The translations under genes and the position numbers were made by a program. This document shows, one piece after another, positions 13,118-25,199 of a stretch of 64,000 nucleotides of DNA (the stretch's first letter is position 1; each line of letters starts with the position of its first letter). The stretch lies in assembly GCA_050084985.1 (NCBI GenBank), contig JBITNC010000001.1:97774001-97838000 (forward strand), given 5' to 3'. The notes below the pieces were generated by a model. That model searched no databases, was not told the DNA's origin, and was given only the letters and a program-made list of their open reading frames with translations. Source of the stretch: Nageia nagi (lineage: Eukaryota > Plantae > Pinophyta).

Positions 13118-15081
13118 CCATATGAACTTTATATCAAAATTCTACTTAATTGGCTGTGGAATCACCCTCCATATGAACTTTATATCAAAATTCATGATCT
13201 TACTATGTTGACTCTCCAACTGATGACTTAGGCTCACCATGGTCTCTCACATCTCTTACTCTCTTTGATTAGGCTTGACACTTTTTGGCTGCCTAGTCTC
13301 TAGCTTATGGCTAGACTCATGCTCATGCTGCTCTAAATCTTGTACTCTTTGATAGATCTCAACCTCTTAGAGTTGACTCTCATGTTCATGCTGCCTACTC
13401 TACTCTAAGCTATGATCTCTCTCTCTATAAGCTAACGATCTTGCTTAGCTAGTTGGCACTCTAGGTATGCTATCATCTCCTTTGTCATTGCTAGCCTAGG
13501 ATTAGCAATCCATATGAACTTTATATCAAAATTCTGCTTAATTGGCTGTGGAATCACCCTCCATATGAACTTTATATCAAAATTCATGATCTTACTATGT
13601 TGACTCTCCAACTGATGACTTAGGCTCACCATGGTCTCTCACATCTCTTACTCTCTTTGATTAGGCTTGACACTTTTTGGCTGCCTAGTCTCTAGCTTAT
13701 GGCTAGACTCATGCTCATGCTGCTCTAAATCTTGTACTCTTTGATAGATCTCAACCTCTTAGAGTTGACTCTCATGTTCATGCTTCCTACTCTACTCTAA
13801 GCTATGATCTCTCTCTCTATAAGCTAACGATCTTGCTTAGCTAGTTGGCACTCTAGGTATGCTATCATCTCCTTTGTCATTGCTAGCCTAGGATTAGCAA
13901 TCCATATGAACTTTATATCAAAATTCTGCTTAATTGGCTGTGGAATCACCCTCCATATGAACTTTATATCAAAATTCATGATCTTACTATGTTGACTCTC
14001 CAACTGATGACTTAGGCTCACCATGGTCTCTCACATCTCTTACTCTCTTTGATTAGGCTTGACACTTTTTGGCTGCCTAGTCTCTAGCTTATGGCTAGAC
14101 TCATGCTCATGCTGCTCTAAATCTTGTACTCTTTGATAGATCTCAACCTCTTAGAGTTGACTCTCATGTTCATGCTGCCTACTCTACTCTAAGCTATGAT
14201 CTCTCTCTCTATAAGCTAACGATCTTGCTTAGCTAGTTGGCACTCTAGGTATGCTATCATCTCCTTTGTCATTGCTAGCCTAGGATTAGCAATCCATATG
14301 AACTTTATATCAAAATTCTGCTTAATTGGCTGTGGAATCACCCTCCATATGAACTTTATATCAAAATTCATGATCTTACTATGTTGACTCTCCAACTGAT
14401 GACTTAGGCTCACCATGGTCTCTCACATCTCTTACTCTCTTTGATTAGGCTTGACACTTTTTGGCTGCCTAGTCTCTAGCTTATGGCTAGAATCATGCTC
14501 ATGCTGCTCTAAATCTTGTACTCTTTGATAGATCTCAACCTCTTAGAGTTGACTCTCATGTTCATGCTGCCTACTCTACTCTAAGCTATGATCTCTCTCT
14601 CTATAAGCTAACGATCTTGCTTAGCTAGTTGGCACTCTAGGTATGCTATCATCTCCTTTGTCATTGCTAGCCTAGGATTAGCAATCCATATGAACTTTAT
14701 ATCAAAATTCTGCTTAATTGGCTGTGGAATCACCCTCCATATGAACTTTATATCAAAATTCATGATCTTACTATGTTGACTCTCCAACTGATGACTTAGG
14801 CTCACCATGGTCTCTCACATCTCTTACTCTCTTTGATTAGGCTTGACACTTTTTGGCTGCCTAGTCTCTAGCTTATGGCTAGACTCATGCTCATGCTGCT
14901 CTAAATCTTGTACTCTTTGATAGATCTCAACCTCTTAGAGTTGACTCTCATGTTCATGCTGCCTACTCTACTCTAAGCTATGATCTCTCTCTCTATAAGC
15001 TAACGATCTTGCTTAGCTAGTTGGCACTCTAGGTATGCTATCATCTCCTTTGTCATTGCTAGCCTAGGATTAGCAATCCAT
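13118..15081. repeat. Tandem array of five near-identical 392-bp units
   Basis: Units start at 13118, 13510, 13902, 14294, 14686; identical 66-aa ORFs recur every 392 bp; only a few SNPs seen (13144, 13784, 14492). Confidence 0.97.
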
Positions 15082-16320
15082 TTTGGATATCTCTCATCTC
15101 ATTTGGGGGACCTCTGTCTTCATCTAACCTATCTCTGATAAGGCTCACCCTTGTCCTCCATAGCCTCCTCCTCAACCCACTTTGGGTGTTGAGCTATCCA
15201 CCATCTGGTGTAGGTCTCTATTCAACCTACATCATCCTAGTCTCCTATTGTTGCCTCATCACTATTGACCTCCTTGTAGGTCTCCTAGTACTAGACATAG
15301 GGCTTCCCATCTATACCATTTGACATATTGTAAACAATAAGCTCAGGAAGTGTGTCCTATATCTTCTTGAAGTTCTTGAGTACTCGATGGTACTCAAAGA
15401 ACTCTATCTAGTCTTTGCAGGTGCTCATCATCCATCTCATTCATCTGGTATGAGCTAGTTGTAGTCTTTCCTCATCTTGCATGGGGACTTCTCTATACAA
15501 GCTCTATATTATGTCTTTAGGTTGTAGTATCGTAAATATATCTCTAAAATATGCCATCTAACCACCTCTCAATCGTCTAATCCTTGACTCATGATGATGT
15601 CCCCAATGCATCATGTATGGATACTCTATGCTAATATATTTGAAACATAGAGCATCTTGAGCATGCACATCAAAAGGTAGACCTATAGGTCGAGCCATCG
15701 CTATATGATCCTATCCCCACACTTGCAAAAATAATGAGCAACATGTCCTTGTGTGGACCCCTATCTCCATCTCCCACAACTCATGGTAGAGTTGGCTTAG
15801 GAATGCTGGTCCCCACGTAAATACTTGAACGTCATCTCACATCTCTCTTAGAACTTGACATAGCTTTTAGGGGAACCTATAGCTTAAAGCATTTGGTAAA
15901 AAAAAATGTGATGAACATCATCACGAAATATGTCAATCTATCTATGAACCCATCATGGTATGCATGCTCATATTAGAATCCTCCTTCGCCCAACCTTAAC
16001 AAATGGTAGTGGTGGCCAACTATCCTGATGGTCGCTACCTCTCTCCCCACATCGTTTGGTAGGCTAATAAGTGATGTGCCATCCATCAAAATCCATAGAA
16101 TCCATCAGACATCCTCCAAAGTCATAGTACACTCCCCATTTGGTAGATAGAAAGTGTTGGTGGAAGAGTCCCACCACTCACCCAAGGCTATCATTTACCC
16201 TAAGTTCACCACAACTTTATGCATAATGCTAGTGTATCCTAAACCAATGTTGTATAACCACATCCACTGGAGTTCTAACATCTATTATTATAACTGCACT
16301 TAGAGCTTAGGAAACTGATA
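15082..16320 (-). pseudogene. Plant mobile domain (PMD, aminotransferase-like) relic, antisense in the gypsy 3' region
   Basis: Manual minus-strand translation: ALGEWWDSSTNTFYLPNGECTMTLEDV*WIL..DG (~16085-16195) and FTWGPAFLSQLYHEL (~15780-15825), matching PMD motifs ERW..TNTFHLP.GE.TITLEDV and WG.A.LA.LY. Confidence 0.8.
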
Positions 16321-16959
16321 TCTCATGCATAGTGTCTCATTTGACTATAAAACCAACAAAGTAAACTAAGTCACTCATGTTACCATTTGTGCCAACTAGT
16401 CTATCTATCACAAATACCAAAGTTGCATTTGTAAGTATTCCAAAAATGTTTATGCCTTCATTGTGTTATCATCTCTACTATCAATGGTGTATCATCATGT
16501 CCAAATGTCACCAAGTACAAGTTTTTTGTCTTATTTTTCAAGAGGGCTCCAAACTAAAATATTGTTTGTGTAAAAAAGGTTCATCCCAATTCATACCGGG
16601 ACAACTTATACCTAGCATCATGATACCATAAAATTGTTAAGTTCTATTAAAAATATTTGCTTACATGGTAAAATTTACAAATTCTCTCAACAAAGTCTAA
16701 GAGGTGCATTTCAAAATTTACAAGAACATGACTACCAATTATTGCCTTAGGAGAAACCATGCTAATAGTTTGGATGATACATTTACCAACCCAATTTTAT
16801 AAAATTTATGCCATTCAATAAGCAAGAGTGTAACAACAAAAGTAAGCTTTTTACACTTGGAGTAATTGTTTTTGCAAGAAACACAAATTTGGATTCAACA
16901 TGACCAATTACCAAATTTTGCATAATTATGTAAAATCAACAAGAAATCTACATTTTTTA

Positions 16960-17150
16960 TGTTAAATTAATTTTTACACATTATATTCCTCATAGGTTAC
17001 TAATTTAACATATATTATAATAAATCATATATTTACATGTAGCATTAGAAAGTTAGAATAGTTACATAGTTACACAACTACATTATAGTTATACAACTAT
17101 AATTATGTACACCATTCTACTGCATTAATCAATCATGGAGTTTGCTTTCA
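16960..17150 (+). repeat. 5' LTR of copia element 2
   Basis: Matches 22988-23175 (about 6 mismatches, mostly transitions, in the first ~90 aligned bp); ends TTTCA before the PBS. Confidence 0.85.
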
Positions 17151-20100
17151 TTGGCATTGGAGCATGATGAGAAACTCCATGCTTGAAGTGACTTTTACTA
17201 TTCGTATATGTTTGTTTAGTTTTGAAATTTGTGGGTGGAATTCTAGTAAGGAATATGTGAAAGCTTTGTGCAAACTATTATTCCTATTTATACATGTTTT
17301 GTTATCCATTGTCTAGCCTTGTTGTGTGCATACTTGATGAGGAAACTTGATCATTATTCTTTGCTATTTTTTTTTGAATTCATTGATGGCTTTCTATTCA
17401 ATTTGCTGGAGACTAACTTGTCATTTTGAAACTGAGAGTCAGCCATTTGAACGCCCTCTTGAATCTGAGATGAAAATTTGTTGCTACTTTTCTGTAACAC
17501 ATTTTGTCTCAAATTCATTTTTTTTGGGCACTCTGAGGTGTTCCTATGACATGGTGGTGTGATTGCGAATGTTATGAAACTCATAGCTCTTCATTATGAC
17601 TACGTGATCTAGACTGCAAAATTTTGTAGGCTCCTTTTTGCTACTAAAACCCTACCACCATTGTACTCCAGACTCTCTAAAGCTCATGGTGCATCATGGC
17701 ATTTGAGATCCAGTTGTCATTCCTTGCTCTCAGTTGAATGTGCACCTATTAGACATTCTCAAACTTGATGCCATTTTTGCTCATTGCTCATTCATTTACA
17801 ACCATAGGGGAAACAATGTCACCGCCATCAAAAGGGAGACTCAAACATTCTTAAAAATAAAACCCTAAACTCTCTGCTTTCTAATATCATTTTTTTTTAC
17901 TATTTGATAATATTGAAGTGGGTTTTTTAAAATTTGATGTGTTTATTTGATAAGTAGGAGATATAAGGTGTATTTTTGAGTCTTTTTTTAAATTATTTGT
18001 AGGTTACTAGTGGTACTATTTCTATATTTGACAAATATTTACAAAAAAATTATATATTTTTAAGTATTAAGGTTGAATAATGTTGATGGAAGGTTCTTAC
18101 AATGTTCTTATTGAGTTTTTACAAGTATGGGCTCCTCATGAGTTTGATCGAGAGATTGAGTTTTTTGGTTTAGATGTAGTATTTCAAGTCCTCTAAAGAT
18201 ACATGGAAGTATATCAATGTAATTTTGATTTTGAACCTAAATCTCTTCTCGATGAATCTCTTGATCACCCTACTGAAGATAACACAGCTAATCATAGTGA
18301 TAGTATCATTGAATCTTCCTCCCATAGCCATAAGTTGAACTCATAATCCTGAGTAGTGAAGATGAAGAAGAGTTTGAACCTACTGAAGAGTGTACACATG
18401 AAGAAGAGGCAGTTGTTGTAGCAATTGCACCATCTGAGTCTATTAGTGATTATACTCCTGTAGATCAACCGCTTGAAACCATCATTATCCAATACAATCC
18501 ATTAGAACCAGTTGAACTTGCTGCAATAGAACCAATTGAACCTGCGGTTCCTCTTGAGATTATGAAAATTGAACATCAGATTCATGAGGTTGTTGATCAC
18601 ATGTTGATCGACATCAATCAATTTCTAGCTTATTAATTAATGCTTTGTACCTTTCTTACTCAATTTTATCTGATAAGTAAAGAAAATTTTTAATAAAATA
18701 AAGCATTTGGTATTTTTTGGCTACAAGTTTTAATATGGAACAGTTTCTTCAAGTTTTGCAACTTTCTTAGTATGCATTCCCTTGTTAGCATAATTGGTGT
18801 TGTCTTAACTAGAATGGCCAATTGGTTTGAATGGCATTGAAAATTGAAGCATTCCCTCATCTTCAACAATTTTTGGATTGATGTTTATGATGGTGAAACT
18901 ACTCCTATTAAACCCATCATTGCCAAAGAGTTGGTAATTTGGAATATGAAGAATTGTAAGGCATATGCATTGATCATCACATCTATTAGTGAAGAGTTCA
19001 ACATATATATCACCTCTATTAATGATGTCTGGAGTGCTCTTAAAAAGTTCCATGAGTTATACAACTTGCATTCTAAGTTGGAGCTCATTCAACTCTAGTT
19101 GAAGCTTTTTAACTTAAATTATAAAATGATGATCCCATGGTCCTTATTTCTGAAATTAGAGCAATAATGCATGATATCATAGCCACATGTGTCCAAATCA
19201 ACATTGCTCTTACAGCCCTCATTAAGGCTCTATATCCTACTTATTCAACCTACCTTGAATCACTCCAAGACAATGATTAATTGAAGGCCCTAATGTTTGA
19301 TACTTTGGTTGAAAATATTGTAGAGCATGAAAAAGCATTCGATAAGAAGGTTAATGATTCCACTTCTAACATAGTGTGCATTGCCCAAATTAGGAAGAAT
19401 GCATTTTTTTAATTTTCTTGAGGTGAAAGTAACAATAGAGGATGTGGTTGAAGAAATTCTAGAGGTAGGGGGTGGAAATCAAGGAGGTCATGGCGACAGG
19501 AGTGATCGATACCATCTTCATTACATTCGATGTGATTGAGGGGGTCATGAAATCAGTACCTATCGCATGCCTTGGGAGAAGATTAAAAAATATTGAGAAA
19601 AGCATGATCAAAATAATGATTAGAGTAAGAACTCTACATCCACTCACTTCATTATAGTAGAATCTAACATTGGTCTTAGTGATCTGCTGAACGCTTCATA
19701 CACATATTGGAAGGATGCATGGTTTCTTGACACCAAAACCACTTGTCAGGTGAGCTTCAGGCAAGACTTTTTTAAGAATTTGAATAAAAATATCGATGGT
19801 GCAATTTAATTTTCTGATTGATCCAACATTAATCCATTTGAAATCAGAACTATTAGGCTTAAACTTCCAAGTTATCCAGACTTTTTGTTGATTGATGTGC
19901 TTTATCTTCTTGAATTATGATGAAACTTGCTCTCTCTTGTTCTTTTTCATCAACAAGGACATTCTATACATATGTTTTATGGATAGGTGGAGATCAAGTG
20001 ATCTTTTGACAACCAGATTATGATGCTTAGTCTCTAAGATGAAAACCTATTGAAGATGAAGGGTACCTCTATTCGTTCAAAGAATTTTACCTTTCTTACT

Positions 20101-22987
20101 CATTAGGAAAAAGGTACACTCTAGTCTCTTATGGAATGCTCAATTTTTCATAATTTTGATGACCTTCGTATCTTAAAGCAATATTTTTTTTCTAGTCTAC
20201 CTACCATTCCTCAAAATGTTGAACCTTATGAAGGATGTATTTTAGGTAAACATCATAAGCAACCCTTTTTAGGTTCCTAATTGAGAGATAGTAGGAAATT
20301 AGAACTCATTAAATTTGATCTTTGTGGTCCATTTCCCATCTCTTTTGTAGTTGGAAATCACTACCTTATGACATTCATTGATGATTATTCTCAGATGTGT
20401 TAGGTATATCTATTGAAACACAAGTTTGATGCTTTTTCCAAGTTTAAGGAGTTTCATGCCAATGTAGAAAATGAAGCCTGTACTCATATTGGTATCTTTT
20501 GTTATGATAATGGGTGGAATGTACTTCTACTAAGTTCACCTCATACTTACACCAACATGGGATCAAACATCAGATCATTGTCCCTCGTAATCCTTAACAA
20601 AATGGTGTTGTAGAAAGAATGAATACGATACTTTTGAACATGGCTCATGCTATGTTATTTTTCAAAAATATGAAATTAACTTTTTTTGGGTTGGTGCAGT
20701 TTAATGTGCTATCTACTTAAGAAACATATGTCTTTCTCAAGCTCTCAATAATAAGATTCCATTTGAAATATGGTTTGGCCTTGTTCCTTCCATATGTCAT
20801 ATCAATCTTTTTGGTTTCATATGTTATGTGCTCATTCTTAAGGAACAACGACACAAGCTAGGTGCTCAGAGTTGCAAATGTATCTTCTTGGGCTACTCAA
20901 AAATTACTAAGGGATACAAGCTTTACTATGAGGTAAACAAGAAGTTTCTCTTTGCCTGAGATGTTATTTTTCTTGAATGCTCCAAAAGTGAAAATATTGT
21001 AGAGCAACATCTTGATCACTTCGAATGGTTTACATATGGGAAGCCCTATATTGAAGCTAATTATGAGATTCCAAACCTTGAGGAGGGGATTCCAATATTA
21101 GATCATAGTTTAGAATCCACACCACTTGTTCCAAAAGAACAAATACCTCCTTCAACAGTTTCTCTAAGTTCTTTAGTGCTTGCATTAGTGAGCCAATTGG
21201 ATTATGTGATTTAAGGGATTAAGCCATTAAGTCTTGTGGAAGTGAAGCACCAGTTCAACCTAGTGATGAACTAGGACCATCATAGAAGATTCTAAAATTG
21301 GCATCAAAAACACTTGAAAATGTTCATTCTAATAAACTTGAGAAGATAGGAACTTAGAATTCCTATCGAGAGCAACAATAAAATAAAGCAGTGGAAGGTT
21401 TAGTTGATGTTGATATGTTTTCAGATAATGGTGAGGACTATTCTTTTGACATGGAATTGATTTTTTTTATGATTTTAAGGCAACTTCCTTTAAGGAGGCT
21501 ATTTCCCATGATGCTTGAAAAGAAGCCATGAGGAAAGAGTATGATGCTCTCATTAAGAATGTGACTTAGAAGTTGGTTGATCCTCCATACGAAACCAAAT
21601 AAATAGGTTGTAAGTGGGTATACCAAAATAAGTACAAATCAGATGACTCACTTGATAAACATAAAGCTAGGCTAGTTATTAAGGGCTATGCATAGAAAGA
21701 AGTTATTGGTTATGATGAGATATTTTCTCCTACAACCAAATGGATGGCCATTTGTTCTTTTTTGGCTATGTTAGCTCAACATGGGTGGAAATTACATTAG
21801 ATGGATGTAAAAATAATATTTTTGAATGGTAATTTGAAGGAAAATATGTATATGACTCAACTTGAAGGATTTGTAATGAAGGGCCAAGAACATAAGGTGT
21901 GTAAACTCAATAAATATTTTTACAATTTAAAGCAAGCACCTCGCACATGGTATGAGAATATTATTGAACATCTTTTGAAGATTAGTTTCCAGCACTTTAA
22001 TCTTAATGATGTAACTTTATTTATCAAGAAAGTTGGCCAAAAAATTGTATATCTTGTGGTGTATGTAGATGATTTTTAATGACAGGTAACAATGAAGGAT
22101 TCATTGCATCTATGAAATAAGATTTGAAAAAGGGATTTGAAATGATTAATATGGGGTATCTTTTTTATTAGTTGGGTGTTGAGGTAACTCAAGCATCACA
22201 ATATATATTTATTTCCCAGAAATAATACATTGGAGAATTGTTGAATAAGTTTGGCATGATTGATTGTAAGCCACTTTCTACTCCAATGAAATAGAATCTA
22301 AAGTTGACATCATTTAAAGAGAATCAAATTGAATATGCTACAAAATACAAGTAGCTAATTGGAAGTCTCATTTATCTAACCACTACCAAACCAGATATTT
22401 GCTTTTTGGTTGGTATTCTATCCAAGTTTATGCACAAACCATGTGAAGGCCATTGGATAGCAACAAAGAGAGTTCTTTGATATTTGAAAGGGACTCAAGA
22501 TTTTGGTCTCAAATATTCCAAGGTAGCAGACTTCAAATTGATTGTATATTCTGATTTAGACATTGATGGTGATAAGGAAAATGGATTTTCTACTTCATGT
22601 TATTGTATGCGTCTTTGATCAACAACTATTTTTTGGAGATCATAAAAATAATTTGTACCAATAGATTCTACTACTAAGGTAGAGTATGTGGCTACTAAAG
22701 AGGAAACAAAAGAGATTATTTGGCTTAGGAAAATCCTTGAAGATTTGCAAGAGAAACAAGTGCTTCCGACTTTGCTTATGATTGATAATACTTTTGCAAT
22801 AAAATTGGTCAAGAATCTAAAGTTTCATGATCAAACTAAGCACATCAACATGAAGTATCATTTCATTTGACATCATGTAGTGGTCAAGATAATTTGGTTA
22901 AAATATTATTCCACTGAAAAATAAATTATGGACATCTTCACCAAGGCGCTTGGAAGTGCAACTGACCCCTTCGGATTAAGGGGGGAA

Positions 22988-23175
22988 TGTTAAGTTATAA
23001 TCCTCATAGGTTACTAATTTAACATATATTGTAATAAGTCACATATTTACATGTGGCATTAGGAAGTTAGAATAGTTACATAGTTAATAACTTCATTATA
23101 GTTATATAACTATAATAATCAATTATATATCATACACCCTTCTGCTACATTAATCAATCATGGAGTTTACTTTTG
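22988..23175 (+). repeat. 3' LTR of copia element 2
   Basis: Starts TGTTAAG directly after the PPT; homologous to the 5' LTR. Confidence 0.88.
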
Positions 23176-24799
23176 CTACTATATTATGACACCAACCAAT
23201 GAGTTATTGTAGTTTCAACAACCAACTTGATGTTTTTTCATAAAAATTATCAAAATTACATTTTTTGGACACTAAATTGATCAACCGTTTTAAAATAAGG
23301 TGAAGTTACAAAAAAAAGAGATTCAATTCGATTTACAGAGCATTAAATTTGAGCAACAATAATTAAACAGTACTCAAACATGCAGTTTAGAGCTAAATTT
23401 TTTGAAAAATAAGCCAAACAAGGCCCAAAAAGGGTTATAGGCTAGGCACAGTGCGCTTGGGGGCCTATGCCCTAAATGTAGTGAGTCTAACCTAAGGTGA
23501 AAGAAAGGACCATGCCTAACATCTAAGAAGTCAAAAAATGAGTAAAATCATCAAAAAACTTCATTTTCAATAAATTGAAGCTTATGTCTACCTAATAAGG
23601 GTCAAATAACAAGGTGGGTTGTCCTTCATTTTGTGATTTCATTCCCAGATTTGAAGCTATTTGCAAAATTTGAAACTAAAAACCCTTATGCATGTCTTTT
23701 TTAGGGAAAAATCATATTTTTGATTGAATCGGGTATTTGTTTGAAAATATTACAACATGGAAAGGTTATGCAAGGTAAAAAAGAGGTTGGTATCAAATGG
23801 ATTTTGAATTTGACCCTTCATTTGAGCCCAACAAGCAAAATACCATGTAAAATCCTCTTGTTGGACATTTTTTGGATTTTAAATATCTTTTGATTCAATT
23901 CATTTTAGGATATTTTGTTCTAGGAGGTGTTTTCCTATTGTCTAAATGTTCATTTTGCATTTTTGTTCAACTAGATTTGGGCAGTTTGGATTTAAAATGA
24001 GAAAATGCAAATTCTACACTATTTTTTAACTTAAATACATCAAAAATTCAAAAATTACATAAAAAATGGATAATTTATATTTTGACCCTATCTAGTGTCC
24101 TAGGTGTGGTTGACCATTGATTATTTGAGCTACAAGTACACAATTTACGGCCATCTTGCTAGATTACTCACTTTCCACTAAAATTTTAGCTTTCACATGT
24201 GATAAATGAGTTAAAAAAGGTAATTTTTTTTTAACTTATTTATCTCCTTTTAATATTTTAAGCTCAAAGTTTTAATTTTTGGCTTGTAGGTGGGCCCAAT
24301 CTTTCTCACATTTGTTCCAATTATATTTTTCACCTCGTAGTTTCTTGCAAAATTACATTGGGATAATAAAAAAATAAAAGAGAGACAAACAATATTAAAT
24401 GTACAATTTTTTTTCACAAATATCACACACAAATTCTCACTTTTTCAATCGATTTTGTATTGATCGTTATGATCAATACAATATTTTTCGAGGGGGGCCA
24501 CTTGATTGTTCAAATTTTTTGAATTTTATTTTACAAAAAGTGAAAAAAATCTAAAATTTTCCCTCAAAAAATACATTTATTACAAAACTTACAAAATTGT
24601 TCAAAGTTTCTTTCAAAATTGTAAAATTGTCCAAAGCTACCTAATTTCAAAATTTTCAAAATACAAATTGTTCAAAATTTTAAAGTTTTTAGCAAGACTA
24701 TGCACTTGCTAGTATCTCTACATGCTTACTCCATCATGAACATTTTATATAGGTTTGACACATTCAATCATCAAATATTATATAAGTTGTTCAAAGTCC

Positions 24800-25150
24800 T
24801 ACCTCCACAAACACATTACTTAGCATTCAAATTTAACGAACACTACATTCAAATTGCTACACATATTTCTTCTAAATTTTCCATGAAGACATTGGTTAGG
24901 GTTTGAATTGTTGTAAGATACATTCAAATTATTATCCATACTGATTCTAAATTTTCCAAGAATACATTGTTTAGGATTCAAATTTGACAAATACTACATT
25001 CAAATTCCTCTTCATATTTATTTTGAATTTTTTAGTTTTTTAAACCTTTAAGAACACATTATTTAGGATTTGAATTTGATGAATACTACATTTGAATCCC
25101 TATTCATATTTGTTCTAAATTGTTATATTTTTTTCTATCATGAATACATT
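24800..25150. repeat. Degenerate ~70-85-bp tandem repeat
   Basis: Motif ACATT.TTTAGGATT..AATTT...AATACTACATTCAAAT recurs about 4 times. Confidence 0.6.
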
Positions 25151-25199
25151 ATTTTTATATAATTGTTTGAAGTGTTTGGGTGGTATATGACACAACCTA

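Larger units (their letters stand above)
16960..23175 (+). mobile_element. Near full-length degenerate Ty1/copia with two ~190-bp LTRs
   Basis: LTRs at ~16960-17150 and 22988-23175; degenerate PBS TGGCATTGGAGC at 17152-17163; gag from ~18770; WFLD protease; integrase FIDDYS; RT MDVK..FLNG, LKQAPRTWY, YVDD; RNase H TKHI, DIFTKAL; PPT AAGGGGGGAA just before 22988. Confidence 0.93.

Noticed and set aside
13432-14808. Four identical 66-aa ORFs, or a CRISPR-like array
   Set aside because: They are a by-product of the 392-bp tandem unit; there are no variable spacers or cas genes and no recognisable domain.
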